Shown one piece after another: positions 34,205 through 43,569 of a stretch of DNA of 64,000 bases. The DNA lies in contig CAWAFT010000002.1 of NCBI GenBank assembly GCA_963781415.1, forward strand, positions 948,129-1,012,128, given 5' to 3'. A program made the translations under genes and the position numbers. The first letter of the stretch is position 1. Every line of letters begins with the position of its first letter. The stretch comes from an uncultured Solirubrobacteraceae bacterium. GTDB lineage: Bacteria; Actinomycetota; Thermoleophilia; Solirubrobacterales; Solirubrobacteraceae. A model generated the notes under the pieces. That model was not told where the DNA came from. It worked only from the letters and a program-made list of their open reading frames with translations, and did no database searches.

Positions 34205-36224
34205 CGGCGGCGATTTGCTGCATGCGTTCGGCAAGGCGCTTGGCCTCGTCGGTGCGGGAGAACGCGCGGTCGGCGCGGACGCGGGCCCGCATGCGTCGCT
34301 TCGCCTCGGCGCTGCCGGGCTTGGCCGGCGGCCCCCACCAGTCACAGTCCTGCGGTCCCGTGTCGGTGTCCGGGCCCTCGGAGCAGTCGACCAGGTAGGC
34401 CTCCTTGGCGGGATCGCCCTGACCCACGCTCGAGCCGGGGCTCTCGCCGCCGGAGCAGTTCGGGAGCGGGTTGGGCGGCGTGCCGGGGAGGCGGCCCGCC
34501 TGACCGGACCCGGTGATGCTCCCCGCGGTGCCGTCCACGCCGACGTTGTCGTACCAGCAGTTGGCCGTGTTGGAGACGAACTCGTCCCACCAGAAGTCGG
34601 TCCCGTTCGGCATGGTGTCGGCCGGGGTCTCCGAGTGTGGAGCGCCGAACTGATCGAGCGCCTTGGGGAACTTGAAGCCGGGCGGCACCTGCCCCATCTT
34701 GTTGCCGTAGTAGTGGTTGCCGCACGACGTCGAGATGCCCGATTCCGGCGCGCCGGCGCAGGAGACACCGGGCAGGACCTCGCCCTCCGGGCCGCCGTTG
34801 CTGGTCAGGTTGTCCGGCACCGCCAGGAGCATCGTCCCGTTGCGCCAGTTGTCGAAGATCCAGTTGTCGTGCACGCGGGCGTCGTTCATGCCCGCGTAGA
34901 TGATTCCCGTCCCGACCGGCACGGTCACGAGCGGCTTCACCAGCGACTCCGGGTCGTAGACGTTGTAATTGTTGGAGTAGATGAAGTTGTGATCGATCTG
35001 CGACGAGTCGGCCGGGAAGCCCGGGTGGCCGGCGGAGGACAGCGTGTCGCTGGCGATGCCGGTCGTGTTGCCGTAGATGTGATTGTTCGTGATGCGCACG
35101 GCGTTGCCCATCGAGCCGGAGTAACCGAGCTCGGAGCCGCGCAGGTCGCACTTCTTGATCACGGTGTTCATGCGCGGAGCGTCGGGATAGAAGTCCTTGT
35201 CGGCCTGTGACCCGGTCTCCGGAGCCGCGCCCGGGTAGACGACCGAGTCGCCCGACCCGAAGCCGTCGCAGTTCTTGACCACCGAGTGGTCGGTCGTGAA
35301 GCTCAGGTGGCCGTAGTCGGCATTCCAGAAGAACTTCGTGCGGTCGAGCAGCACACCGTCGGTCTCCTCGACGTAGAAGCCGAACTCGAGGCCGCCGCGC
35401 ATCGTCATGTTGCGCCCGACGAAACCGTCTGCGCGATCAACGCGCATGACGACGTGCTTACCGTGCTTCTTCGGCCGCGCCTCGGGGCCCTTGCCCACGT
35501 ACTTGGAACCGGCGTCGATGATGACGTCGGTGGGCTTGGCGCCCGAACCCTCGATCTGCAGGTTGCAGCGCACGCACGCCCCGAGTTCCTGCTCGGGGAT
35601 GCCGAGCCGGCTCTCGAGCGGCGGCTCGACCGGGTCGCCGGCGAGCGCGCGGCCCTGGACATGGATCAGGTTCTGGTCGTTGGGGCAGCGGACCTGGTAC
35701 TCGTAGCTCGGCGTGAGGTCGCCGCTGGCGTCCTTCTGGAGCATGGACGGGTCGCAGCGCTTGTCGTTGACGGGCGACTTGCGCGAGGCCGGCTCCCGGT
35801 AGAGGCCGGGCATGATCACGACGCGGTCGTTGTTGGACGAGTCGGAGACCGCGGGCTGGATGGCGCGATAACGACACTGCTTGCGCAGGGCGCGGTTCTG
35901 CGCCGCCATGCGCTTGGCCTTGCCCTTCGAGTAGCGGATCTTGGGCTGGCTCGGGCGGATGCGGAAGCCCTTGTTGCGCGCGCTCTTGATCGAGCGCAGC
36001 GCGAGCTTGAGCGAATTCTTCTGACAGACGACGCGGACCTCGCCCGGGCCCTTGCCGGTGATCGCCGAACCGAACGACCGGGCCGACGGAACCTTGCCAC
36101 CGGCGGGCGGCGAGACCGAGGTGTCGGGCGCCGGATCGGGCCAGTAGGACGGGCGCTCGAGGTGGGCCAGCGCGGTGGCCGGCAGCAGCGCGGCAAGAGC
36201 TGCAATCAGAAATACCCGTCTCAT
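34197..36224 (-). CDS. Secreted right-handed parallel beta-helix repeat protein, paralogue 2
   Basis: ATG 36224 is preceded by GGAGGAAACAGCGTG. It has a signal peptide (MRRVFLIAALAALLPATALA). The N-terminus HLERPSYWPDPAPDTSVSPPAGGKVP and the repeat region are collinear with 27498..29627. The upstream 375 aa of the listed 1051-aa ORF are antisense to ppx. Confidence 0.85.
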   Translation of the reverse strand: MRRVFLIAALAALLPATALAHLERPSYWPDPAPDTSVSPPAGGKVPSARSFGSAITGKGPGEVRVVCQKNSLKLALRSIKSARNKGFRIRPSQPKIRYSKGKAKRMAAQNRALRKQCRYRAIQPAVSDSSNNDRVVIMPGLYREPASRKSPVNDKRCDPSMLQKDASGDLTPSYEYQVRCPNDQNLIHVQGRALAGDPVEPPLESRLGIPEQELGACVRCNLQIEGSGAKPTDVIIDAGSKYVGKGPEARPKKHGKHVVMRVDRADGFVGRNMTMRGGLEFGFYVEETDGVLLDRTKFFWNADYGHLSFTTDHSVVKNCDGFGSGDSVVYPGAAPETGSQADKDFYPDAPRMNTVIKKCDLRGSELGYSGSMGNAVRITNNHIYGNTTGIASDTLSSAGHPGFPADSSQIDHNFIYSNNYNVYDPESLVKPLVTVPVGTGIIYAGMNDARVHDNWIFDNWRNGTMLLAVPDNLTSNGGPEGEVLPGVSCAGAPESGISTSCGNHYYGNKMGQVPPGFKFPKALDQFGAPHSETPADTMPNGTDFWWDEFVSNTANCWYDNVGVDGTAGSITGSGQAGRLPGTPPNPLPNCSGGESPGSSVGQGDPAKEAYLVDCSEGPDTDTGPQDCDWWGPPAKPGSAEAKRRMRARVRADRAFSRTDEAKRLAERMQQIAAGG

Positions 36225-36293
36225 CACGCTGTTTCCTCCGAGCTTGAACACGATGGTCAAGGTATCAACGACCCGTCGGTAGGGTCGCAGTCG

Positions 36294-37187
36294 ATGACGC
36301 GGGTCGCGGTGGTGGACATCGGCACGAATTCGACGCGGTTGCTCGTGGCCGACGTCGCCGACGGCGGGGTGCACGCGCTCGAGCGACGGTCCGTGGTCAC
36401 CCGGCTGGGCGAGGGGCTGGAGGAGACGGGCGAGCTCGGGGAGGAGCCCCAGGCCCGCGTGCGGCGCGCGCTGGCCGAATACCGCGAGCTGATGGACGCC
36501 CACGGCGCCGAGATCCGCACGGGCGTATTGACCTCCGCCGTGCGCGATGCGAGCAACGGCGCTGCGTTTCACGCGCGCGTACGCGAGGAGTTCGCCGTCG
36601 ACGCGGCGGTGATCCCGGGCGCGGAGGAGGCCCGTCTGACCTTCCTGGGCGCGACGCTCGGGCGCGCTGCATCCGAGCGCGTGCTCGTCGTCGACATCGG
36701 CGGCGGCTCGACCGAGGTCGTGATCGGATCCGCCGGGAAGGTCGAGTTCGACACCTCGACCCAGGTCGGCGTGGTGCGTCATACCGAGCGCCATGGCGAC
36801 GACATCGCCGCGCTGCGCGCGGACGCGGGCGCCACGCTGCGCGACGCTCTCCCCTCGCAGGTCCCCGAGCGCATCGTCGCGGTGGCCGGCACCGCCACCA
36901 TGGCCGCTTCGATGGAGCTCGGGCTCGAGCCCTACGACCCGGAATCCGTGGAGGGCCACGTGCTCTCGCTCGACGCGCTGCGGGCGCGGCTGGACCAGCT
37001 GGCCGCCCTCCCCCTCGAGCAGCGCCGCGAGATCCCCGGCCTGCATCCCGATCGCGCGGCGACGATCGTGGCGGGCATCGCGATCCTCATCGAGGTGCTC
37101 GAGGCCGCCGGGGCCACGGAGGTCGAGGTCTCCGACCGTGACCTCCTCTACGGCCGCGCGCTCGAGGCCGCCGCTCCGACCCGTTAA
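36294..37187 (+). CDS. ppx: Ppx/GppA-family exopolyphosphatase/phosphatase
   Basis: The motifs are VAVVDIGTNSTRLLVA, VVDIGGGSTE and the ASKHA fold pattern. The product is 297 aa. Confidence 0.9.
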   Translation: MTRVAVVDIGTNSTRLLVADVADGGVHALERRSVVTRLGEGLEETGELGEEPQARVRRALAEYRELMDAHGAEIRTGVLTSAVRDASNGAAFHARVREEFAVDAAVIPGAEEARLTFLGATLGRAASERVLVVDIGGGSTEVVIGSAGKVEFDTSTQVGVVRHTERHGDDIAALRADAGATLRDALPSQVPERIVAVAGTATMAASMELGLEPYDPESVEGHVLSLDALRARLDQLAALPLEQRREIPGLHPDRAATIVAGIAILIEVLEAAGATEVEVSDRDLLYGRALEAAAPTR

Positions 37188-37189
37188 AT

Positions 37190-37222
37190 GGAACCGCCCT
37201 CCGGCGGGTGGAGGGCGGTTCC
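37190..37222 (+). terminator. Perfect 13-bp hairpin immediately after ppx
   Basis: GGAACCGCCCTCC-GGCGGGT-GGAGGGCGGTTCC starts 3 nt after the TAA stop. Confidence 0.6.
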
Positions 37223-37227
37223 GAAGT

Positions 37228-37382
37228 GGCTCCTTCAGGACGGGCAGGGGTACGTGCCTAATGGAGCCGATTAAGTGGCCCGGACGGCGGGAGGCGCCGT
37301 TGGTATACGGCAAATCGCCCGGACCTATGTGGTGTCCAGCGACGGGGCGCACTTACGCACGTACCCGGGCCAGACAGGAGCA
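37228..37382. ncRNA. Candidate structured RNA in a 262-bp convergent intergenic gap (speculative)
   Basis: Two long-range helices are possible: GCTCCT (37229-37234) with AGGAGC (37376-37381), and GGGTACGTGC (37248-37257) with GCACGTACCC (37357-37366). An internal hairpin GCCGT-TGGTAT-ACGGC is also present. There is no convincing ORF and GC is lower than in the flanks. Confidence 0.25.
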
Positions 37383-37449
37383 GTATCGACCTGAGCGCAC
37401 CCCGCGCGCAATCGAACAAACGTCCAGTTCGGTCCGAAAACCCGCGCTA

Positions 37450-39090
37450 TTACGCCAAGTTCGACGAGCGCGGATAGGCGACGGTCGGATCGGTGAGCAC
37501 GTTGACGAGCGCCGGGGCGCCACTGGCGAACGCCCGCTCGAGCGCGCCGCGCAGCTCGCCGGGCTCGCGCACGAGCTCGCCGTGGCCGCCGAGTGCCTCG
37601 ACGATCGTGTCGTAGCGGGTCTCCGGGCGCAGGTCGGCGACCACGGAGTAGCCATAGAGGGACTCCATCGGGTGCTTCTCCAACGCCCAGATGCCGTTGT
37701 TGCCCATCACCCCGACGACACCGATCCCGTGGCGCGCGAGCGTGTCGAACTCCATCCCGGCGAAGCCGAAGGCGCCGTCGCCGAGGATCAGCACGACCTG
37801 GCGCTCGGGGTGGGCAAGCTTGGCGGCGAGCGCGTACCCGGGCCCAGAACCCAGACAGCCGTACGGGCCGGGGTCGAGCCAGCAGCCCGGGGCGTAGGAG
37901 GGCACGACGCGGCCGGCGTAGGAGCCGAAGTCGCCCGCGTCGACGACGACGATCGCGTCGCGGTCCATCACCTCGCGCAGCCCCGCGAACAGCCGCATGG
38001 GATGCAGCGGCGAGCGGTCGTCGGCGAGCAGGTCCCGCTCATCGGCAAGTTTTGCCTCCTCTGCCGCCTGGACGTGACGCACCCACTCGGCGGTGCCCGC
38101 ATCGCGGTCCGCCGCCCCGTCGCGCAGCGCGGTGAGGGTGGTGCGCAGGTCGCCGTAGAGCTCGGCGACGACGGCTCGGGGGTGCTCGCGCACGGGTTCG
38201 GCGACGTCGGCGACGACGATCTCCGTGTCGTCGCCGAACGAGGCACCGAAGCCCAGCCGGAAGTCCATCGGCACACCGATCACCAGCGCGAGGTCGGCAC
38301 CCTTGAGCGCGGTCGAGCGCGCGCGGGAGAATGCGAGGTCGTGGTCAGCGGGCAGGCAGCCGCGGCCGAGCCCGTTGAGAAAGACAGGGATGCCGATCGC
38401 CTCGGCGAGCTCGCGCAGCTCCTGCTCAGCGCGCCCCCAGTAGAGGTTCGTCCCGGCCATGATCACCGGTCGCTCGGCCTCGCGCAGGCGAGCGACCGCG
38501 CGGTCGAGCTCGCGCGCGTCGGCGGCGTCGGCGCGCACCTCGCGCGGGGGCTCGTCGGGAGCCTCCCCCTCGAGGTTCATGAAGACGTGGTCGAGCGGGA
38601 GGTCCACGAAGGCCGGGCCCGTGTGTGGCGTGCGCGCCGCAAGGAACGCCTCGTCGACCATGGACGGGATCTCCGCCGTGGACCCCGGTGTCCCCGCGTA
38701 CTTGACGAGCGGGCGCACGAACGGCACGTGATCGATCTCCTGCAGCGATCCCTGGCCCCAGCGGAAATCGGGCGCCCGTCCCCCCAGGACCACCATGGGC
38801 GAGCGGTTCTGTTGCGCCGAGGCCATCGCGCTCATGCCGTTCGTGACGCCCGGCCCGGCGGTCAACGCCGCGACGCCGGGCTCGCGCGTGACCTTCGCCC
38901 ACCCCTCCGCCGCGAAGGCAGCGGTCTGCTCGTGACGGACGTCGACGAGCTCCACGCCCTCCTCGCGGCACCCGTCGTAGACCGAGAAGAGATGCCCGCC
39001 GCTGAGCGTGAACAGCTTCCGCACGCCGTGCGCCTTCAACCGCTGAGCCACCAGCCGGCCACCATGCAAAGTCCCGCTCTCCACGCTCAT
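37450..39090 (-). CDS. Thiamine-pyrophosphate-dependent enzyme (acetolactate synthase large subunit/oxalyl-CoA decarboxylase-like)
   Basis: The N-terminal Pyr domain is [24 protein letters not shown]...[13 protein letters not shown]...GPGVTNG. The C-terminal PP domain has the GDGAFGF TPP motif. No small-subunit gene is adjacent. Confidence 0.85.
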   Translation of the reverse strand: MSVESGTLHGGRLVAQRLKAHGVRKLFTLSGGHLFSVYDGCREEGVELVDVRHEQTAAFAAEGWAKVTREPGVAALTAGPGVTNGMSAMASAQQNRSPMVVLGGRAPDFRWGQGSLQEIDHVPFVRPLVKYAGTPGSTAEIPSMVDEAFLAARTPHTGPAFVDLPLDHVFMNLEGEAPDEPPREVRADAADARELDRAVARLREAERPVIMAGTNLYWGRAEQELRELAEAIGIPVFLNGLGRGCLPADHDLAFSRARSTALKGADLALVIGVPMDFRLGFGASFGDDTEIVVADVAEPVREHPRAVVAELYGDLRTTLTALRDGAADRDAGTAEWVRHVQAAEEAKLADERDLLADDRSPLHPMRLFAGLREVMDRDAIVVVDAGDFGSYAGRVVPSYAPGCWLDPGPYGCLGSGPGYALAAKLAHPERQVVLILGDGAFGFAGMEFDTLARHGIGVVGVMGNNGIWALEKHPMESLYGYSVVADLRPETRYDTIVEALGGHGELVREPGELRGALERAFASGAPALVNVLTDPTVAYPRSSNLA

Positions 39091-39106
39091 GCGAAAAACC
39101 TACCCT

Positions 39107-40642
39107 TCATCCGGAACGCGTGGGTCGGGGTGCGGGCACGGGTGCGAAGAGCGTGGCCGGGACCGCCTTGCCCTTGAGGGGGACGTCAGCCCGCTCGCGC
39201 CACTGCACGTCGTGCGACTGGGTGAGTGCGTCGCGCAGGGCCTGGGTGACGAGGACGTCGTCACCGGAGATGCGCGTCGCCTCCTCGACGCGGGCGGCGA
39301 CGTTGACCGGGTCGCCGATGACGGTGAATTCGTAGCGGCCGCCGCCGCCGACCGAGCCGGCGATGACCCATCCGGAGTTCGCGCCGATCCCGATCGCGAG
39401 CTCACCATCGAACCGCCGGCGGACCTGATCGGAGATGGCCAGGGCGGCGGCGAGCGCACAGTCGGCGTGATCGGGCCGCCGATCGGGCGCCCCGAAGACC
39501 GCGAGCAGGCCGTCGCCGACGAACTTGTTCGCGTGCCCCCCGTGAGCGATGACGCAAGGGACGACCTCCTCGAACAGCGCGTTGAGCCGCCCGACGACCG
39601 TGCGCGCGCTCACGCTCGAGGCGAGTTCGGTGAAGCCGCGGACGTCGAGGAAGAGGACTGACACCTCGACCTCCTCCCCCTCGAGTGCGACGCCCTCTGT
39701 CAGCACCCGTTCCGCGACGCCGGGGTCGACGTAGACGCCGAACGCCTCGCGCAGGCGCTCTCGCTCGGCGAGGCCGGCGACCGCCTCGTTGAACGACTGC
39801 GCGAGCTGCCCGGTTTCGTCGGTGGACGCGACCGGCACGCGGACCGTCAGGTCTCCGGCTGCGATCCGTGCCGTCATGGTCCGCAGCTGGCTGATCGGAT
39901 CCACGATCGAGCGCGCGAGCAGGATCGTGAGTTCGAGCGACACCGTGAACGCGACCAGCACCGCGACCGCAACGTCCACACCGAGGTCGGAGAGCGTCGC
40001 CGTCGACGTGGTCGACAGCCCGGCCACGACCACGCCGGCGATGATGTTCAGCAGGGGGAGCGCGAGCAGCAGGCGCGTCCGCAACGACACGCCCACCGGA
40101 CCGAGCTCGAAGCCGTCGGGAAGGTCGCCCGACACGTCCTCGATCACCGGCCGCAGAGCGAGCTCGTGCGCGAGAAAGCGCAGGAAGAGCCCGTACACGA
40201 CCGCGACGAGCCCACCGAGCGCGATGATCAGAAAGGAGTGCCAGGGCAGACCGAGCACCAACGTGGTGAAGGCGGAGAACGGGATGACGCTCGTGAGAAC
40301 GGGCACGTATCGCCACCGACGCGTGAAGCGCGACGGCAGTCCGGCCAGCGCTCGCCACGCCTCCACCGCCGCGCGCTCGGACCGATCGCCGCGCAGCCAG
40401 TCGTCAGCGGGAGCGAGCATCGGCACCATCACCCGATAGGCGATCGCGTTCTCGAGCAGCAGCAGGATCTGACCGGCCGCCATGACGCTCCAGAAATGGC
40501 GCCCGAGCGGCTGGTAGACGGTCAGCAGCCCCACGCCGCCGGCCGCCACGAGGTGCGCGACCTGCAGCTGCAGCCAGAGGATCAGCCGCGGATAGCGGCG
40601 GCCCTGACTGACGTAGAGGCGTCGGAAGGCGCGGAGCAGCAT
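39107..40642 (-). CDS. Membrane-bound class III adenylate/guanylate cyclase with HAMP domain
   Basis: It has about 6 N-terminal TM segments and a HAMP-like region (ISQLRTMTARIAAGDLTVRVP). The cyclase domain reads VSVLFLDVRGFT...KFVGDGLLAVFGAP...GIGANSGWVIAGSVG...IGDPVNVAARVE. Confidence 0.9.
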   Translation of the reverse strand: MLLRAFRRLYVSQGRRYPRLILWLQLQVAHLVAAGGVGLLTVYQPLGRHFWSVMAAGQILLLLENAIAYRVMVPMLAPADDWLRGDRSERAAVEAWRALAGLPSRFTRRWRYVPVLTSVIPFSAFTTLVLGLPWHSFLIIALGGLVAVVYGLFLRFLAHELALRPVIEDVSGDLPDGFELGPVGVSLRTRLLLALPLLNIIAGVVVAGLSTTSTATLSDLGVDVAVAVLVAFTVSLELTILLARSIVDPISQLRTMTARIAAGDLTVRVPVASTDETGQLAQSFNEAVAGLAERERLREAFGVYVDPGVAERVLTEGVALEGEEVEVSVLFLDVRGFTELASSVSARTVVGRLNALFEEVVPCVIAHGGHANKFVGDGLLAVFGAPDRRPDHADCALAAALAISDQVRRRFDGELAIGIGANSGWVIAGSVGGGGRYEFTVIGDPVNVAARVEEATRISGDDVLVTQALRDALTQSHDVQWRERADVPLKGKAVPATLFAPVPAPRPTRSG

Positions 40643-40658
40643 GGGCTCCGCCGGAGTC

Positions 40659-41300
40659 CTAGCCGATCAGGCGGGTCTCGTGCCGCGGGCCCGCCGCCAG
40701 GAACGCCGAGATGCGCCGCTCGCCCCACAGCAGCGTGCGACCGACTCGGAGGACCGGCAGCCGGTCGGCCCCTGCCGCGAGCAGGCGGCGGCTCGTGGCC
40801 TCGATGCGGGCATCACGCGACTCCTCGCGGGCAGCCCGCAGGCCGGCCTCGAGGTCGATCTGTGCGGCAGCCGCCGCTTCGGCGAGGATCTCGGGATCCT
40901 CGAGGTCGAAGCCCCCGCAGAACGCGAGGCGTCCCGCCGCGAGAATGAAATCGCCGCCCCGACCGAGTTCGATGGCCAGCGACGCGACGCGCATGGCGAC
41001 GGTGGTTTCATCCGGAAAGCGTTCGGGCCACTGGAGGGGCAGGCCGGCAGCGGCGGCGCGGTCGTCTGCCGCAGCGCGGATCCGACCCACGCGCGCCGGG
41101 TCGGCGGACGGGTCGCGGCGATCGACGACCGCGTTGCAGGCGAGACCCCAGGTGAGGCGGGTGAACGTACGCTGGACGTGCTCGGCGACCAGGTACGAGA
41201 AGGGACAGCCGAGGTCGACGACGCAGTGGGCGCGCAGCCCCTCCCCAGGGTGGCGGCGGCGGCGTTCCGACTCGAGGGTGACGACCGTGCCCACATTCAT
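40659..41300 (-). CDS. DsbA-like thioredoxin-fold protein (2-hydroxychromene-2-carboxylate isomerase family-like)
   Basis: VVDLGCPFSYLVAEHV sits at the position of the family FDFxSPxSYL motif. The product is about 213 aa. Confidence 0.5.
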   Translation of the reverse strand: MNVGTVVTLESERRRRHPGEGLRAHCVVDLGCPFSYLVAEHVQRTFTRLTWGLACNAVVDRRDPSADPARVGRIRAAADDRAAAAGLPLQWPERFPDETTVAMRVASLAIELGRGGDFILAAGRLAFCGGFDLEDPEILAEAAAAAQIDLEAGLRAAREESRDARIEATSRRLLAAGADRLPVLRVGRTLLWGERRISAFLAAGPRHETRLIG

Positions 41301-41332
41301 CCAAACGCAATGCGCCGGGGAAACTGGCGCTT

Positions 41333-42133
41333 GTGCGGGTGTTACTCGCGTTCAGCAACCGACACAACGTCAGTGGGCTTGGCACAACGCGTTCAACGCC
41401 TATATGGTATGACGAAGAACCAAGGCTCGATTCCCCCCCGGCTCCCACGGAGGTCGTAAGCATTCCCAGTCCCCCACCGCCCAAGAGACACCCGTACGAC
41501 CAGTGGTCCCCTGACGCTCGAGCGCTCGATCTCGTCGGCGACAAATGGACGCTGCTGATCATCCGCGACCTCCTCTCCGGGCCGCGGCGCTTCGTCGAGC
41601 TGCAGCGCACGCTGCCGGGCATCTCCACCGAGCAGCTGCGGTCGCGGCTGAATCGCATGGTGGCTGACGGACTGCTGACGCGCCAGCGGTACCGCGAAGT
41701 CCCGCCGCGGGTGGACTACGAGCTGACGGAGCGCTCTCGCGAGCTTGCGCCGGTGATCGGCGAGCTTGCGCGCTGGGGTTACGACTGGACCTGGTCTGCG
41801 CCGCGCGACGGCGAGGAGGTCAACGTTGGAGCGATCCTGCGGACCGCGCCGGGGCTGTTCGATCTCCCGCGTTCAACCGAAGGGGTCTGCGAGCTCGTCG
41901 TCGAGGGAGAGCGCACCTACGTGCTCACCGCCGCAGACGGCTCGGTCACCATCTCCGAGCAACCCGTCGAAGACGCGGAGGCAACGATCACGGGATCGAG
42001 CGGTGCCTGGATTGCCGCCCTCGGCCCGGACGGCGACACCAACGACCTCACCATCGAGGGCGACAGCGGCCTGGCCGAGGCGCTGCTCACCAGCTTCACC
42101 GAAGCTGCCGCAGGCGCGGCCACCCCCGTCTAG
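41333..42133 (+). CDS. HxlR-family winged-helix transcriptional regulator with C-terminal SCP2-like extension; start uncertain
   Basis: The HxlR core is ALDLVGDKWTLLIIRDLLSGPRRFVELQRTLPGISTEQLRSRLNRMVADGLLTRQRY...VDYELTERSREL. GTG 41333 gives an unusually long 55-aa leader. See the finding on the C7 tract. Confidence 0.7.
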   Translation: MRVLLAFSNRHNVSGLGTTRSTPIWYDEEPRLDSPPAPTEVVSIPSPPPPKRHPYDQWSPDARALDLVGDKWTLLIIRDLLSGPRRFVELQRTLPGISTEQLRSRLNRMVADGLLTRQRYREVPPRVDYELTERSRELAPVIGELARWGYDWTWSAPRDGEEVNVGAILRTAPGLFDLPRSTEGVCELVVEGERTYVLTAADGSVTISEQPVEDAEATITGSSGAWIAALGPDGDTNDLTIEGDSGLAEALLTSFTEAAAGAATPV

Positions 42134-43569
42134 CGACTGGAGTAGTCGTCGGGCCCCGGCTGCGGGAAGCGACCCTGCAGCCGGCCGTTGAAGGTGAAGC
42201 GGTCGGCGACGAAGCAGCCGATCTGCGAACCGCCGGTGTCGTTGTTCTGGCGGACCTCGCCGCCCACGTTGTCGCAGTCGTAGTTCGGGAAGATCCCGAA
42301 CTCGGCCGCCTTCGGGGTGACGGCCAGAGCCAGGGGCGGGAAGTAGCTGTTGCCGCGGTTCGTCGACAGCCGCTCGGGCCAGACGACCGCCGACTCCGAA
42401 CCCTGGGGTCCCAGCTGCCGCAGGTAGTGGCCCGTGCCCTCCTGCGTCGCCGTCGTGTCGGCGATCGCCGACCCGCCGGCAGAGATGAAGTCGGCCACCT
42501 CGAACTGGTAGAGCTCGAGGAACTCCAGGATGGGATTGAGCTGGGCCAGGAACGGGCCCAGGGCGCCGAGCGTCGGCTCGAGCTCACGCAGCGTCGCCTG
42601 CAGCGCGGGCAGCCCGGTGCGGGAGGCGCGGATCAGCGGCGGCAGATCGTTGAAGGTGCGCCGCAGGTCGGGCGCGAAGGCGCGGACGTCGCGCAGGGTC
42701 GGGGCGAGATCGCGCGCGACGGGACGCAGGTCGCGGATGAGCGGCGCCGTATCGAGTGAGAACGTCTGCAGCCGAGCAAAGGTGAGCTTGGACTCGTCGA
42801 GGAAGGTCGGGAAGATCGAGATCGCCTCGGCCAGGTTGTCCGCCTGCGATGCCGTCGCCTCGAAGAGCTGTCCGGACGAGGTCACGAGATTGCGCAGGCG
42901 CTGCTGGTCGGAGCTGATAGCGCCGAAGACCTCCCCCGTGTTCTTGATCAGCAGCTGCGTGGCCCGGCGCTGGGAGTCGAGCACGGTGACCACGTCCGCG
43001 GCGTCGGCCGCGAAGCCGGGCAGGGTGCCGATCGCGTCGTTGAGCTCGGAGCCATGGGCGCGGATGCCCTTGGCCAGGTCCTGCTGCCAGCTGCGGAAGG
43101 CCTGGCGCGTCCTCGGGTCGAAGGCGCCGAGGATCTCGTCGAGCTGGACGGCCTCCTTGACGCGACCGTCGGCGAGCCGCCCGTCTTCGGGCACCCAGGG
43201 CGCGCCCGTCCCCGGCGTCAGCTCGACGTAGGTCTCCCCGAGCAACGTCTTCTCACGCAGCATCGCCCGTGCCGACGCCGACAGCGGCGCGTAGCGGCGG
43301 TCGAGCTCGAGCGTGGCGACGGTCCGGTTCGCGCCTGGGTCGAGCTCCTTCGCCACAACCTTGCCGACCGGGACGCCCGCCACCCGGACCTCGGCCTGCA
43401 CACCCAGCGTCGCGGCCTCCGGGAAGGCGACCTGCACGCGGTACCCCTTCGGCTGCAACGGCACCGCACCGCCGAAGGAGAGCCACAGGAACAGCAGCAG
43501 CCCGAAGCACGAGAGCGCGAAGATGATCATCGCGGCGAGGCGGCCGGCGCTGGGCACGGTCTTCTGCAT
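42130..43569 (-). CDS. Mce/MlaD-family protein, 6th gene of the mce operon
   Basis: It has an N-terminal TM segment (LAAMIIFALSCFGLLLFLWL) and an MlaD domain (YRVQVAFPEAATLGVQAEVRVAGVPVGKV). A long helical C-terminal region follows. The start overlaps the upstream stop by 1 nt. Confidence 0.85.
   Translation of the reverse strand: MQKTVPSAGRLAAMIIFALSCFGLLLFLWLSFGGAVPLQPKGYRVQVAFPEAATLGVQAEVRVAGVPVGKVVAKELDPGANRTVATLELDRRYAPLSASARAMLREKTLLGETYVELTPGTGAPWVPEDGRLADGRVKEAVQLDEILGAFDPRTRQAFRSWQQDLAKGIRAHGSELNDAIGTLPGFAADAADVVTVLDSQRRATQLLIKNTGEVFGAISSDQQRLRNLVTSSGQLFEATASQADNLAEAISIFPTFLDESKLTFARLQTFSLDTAPLIRDLRPVARDLAPTLRDVRAFAPDLRRTFNDLPPLIRASRTGLPALQATLRELEPTLGALGPFLAQLNPILEFLELYQFEVADFISAGGSAIADTTATQEGTGHYLRQLGPQGSESAVVWPERLSTNRGNSYFPPLALAVTPKAAEFGIFPNYDCDNVGGEVRQNNDTGGSQIGCFVADRFTFNGRLQGRFPQPGPDDYSSR

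Noticed and set aside
36225-37352. N-terminal 375 aa of the listed 1051-aa ORF (34197..37352)
   Set aside because: It is antisense to ppx. A strong start context (GGAGGA-N9-ATG) and a signal peptide at 36224 define the true start.
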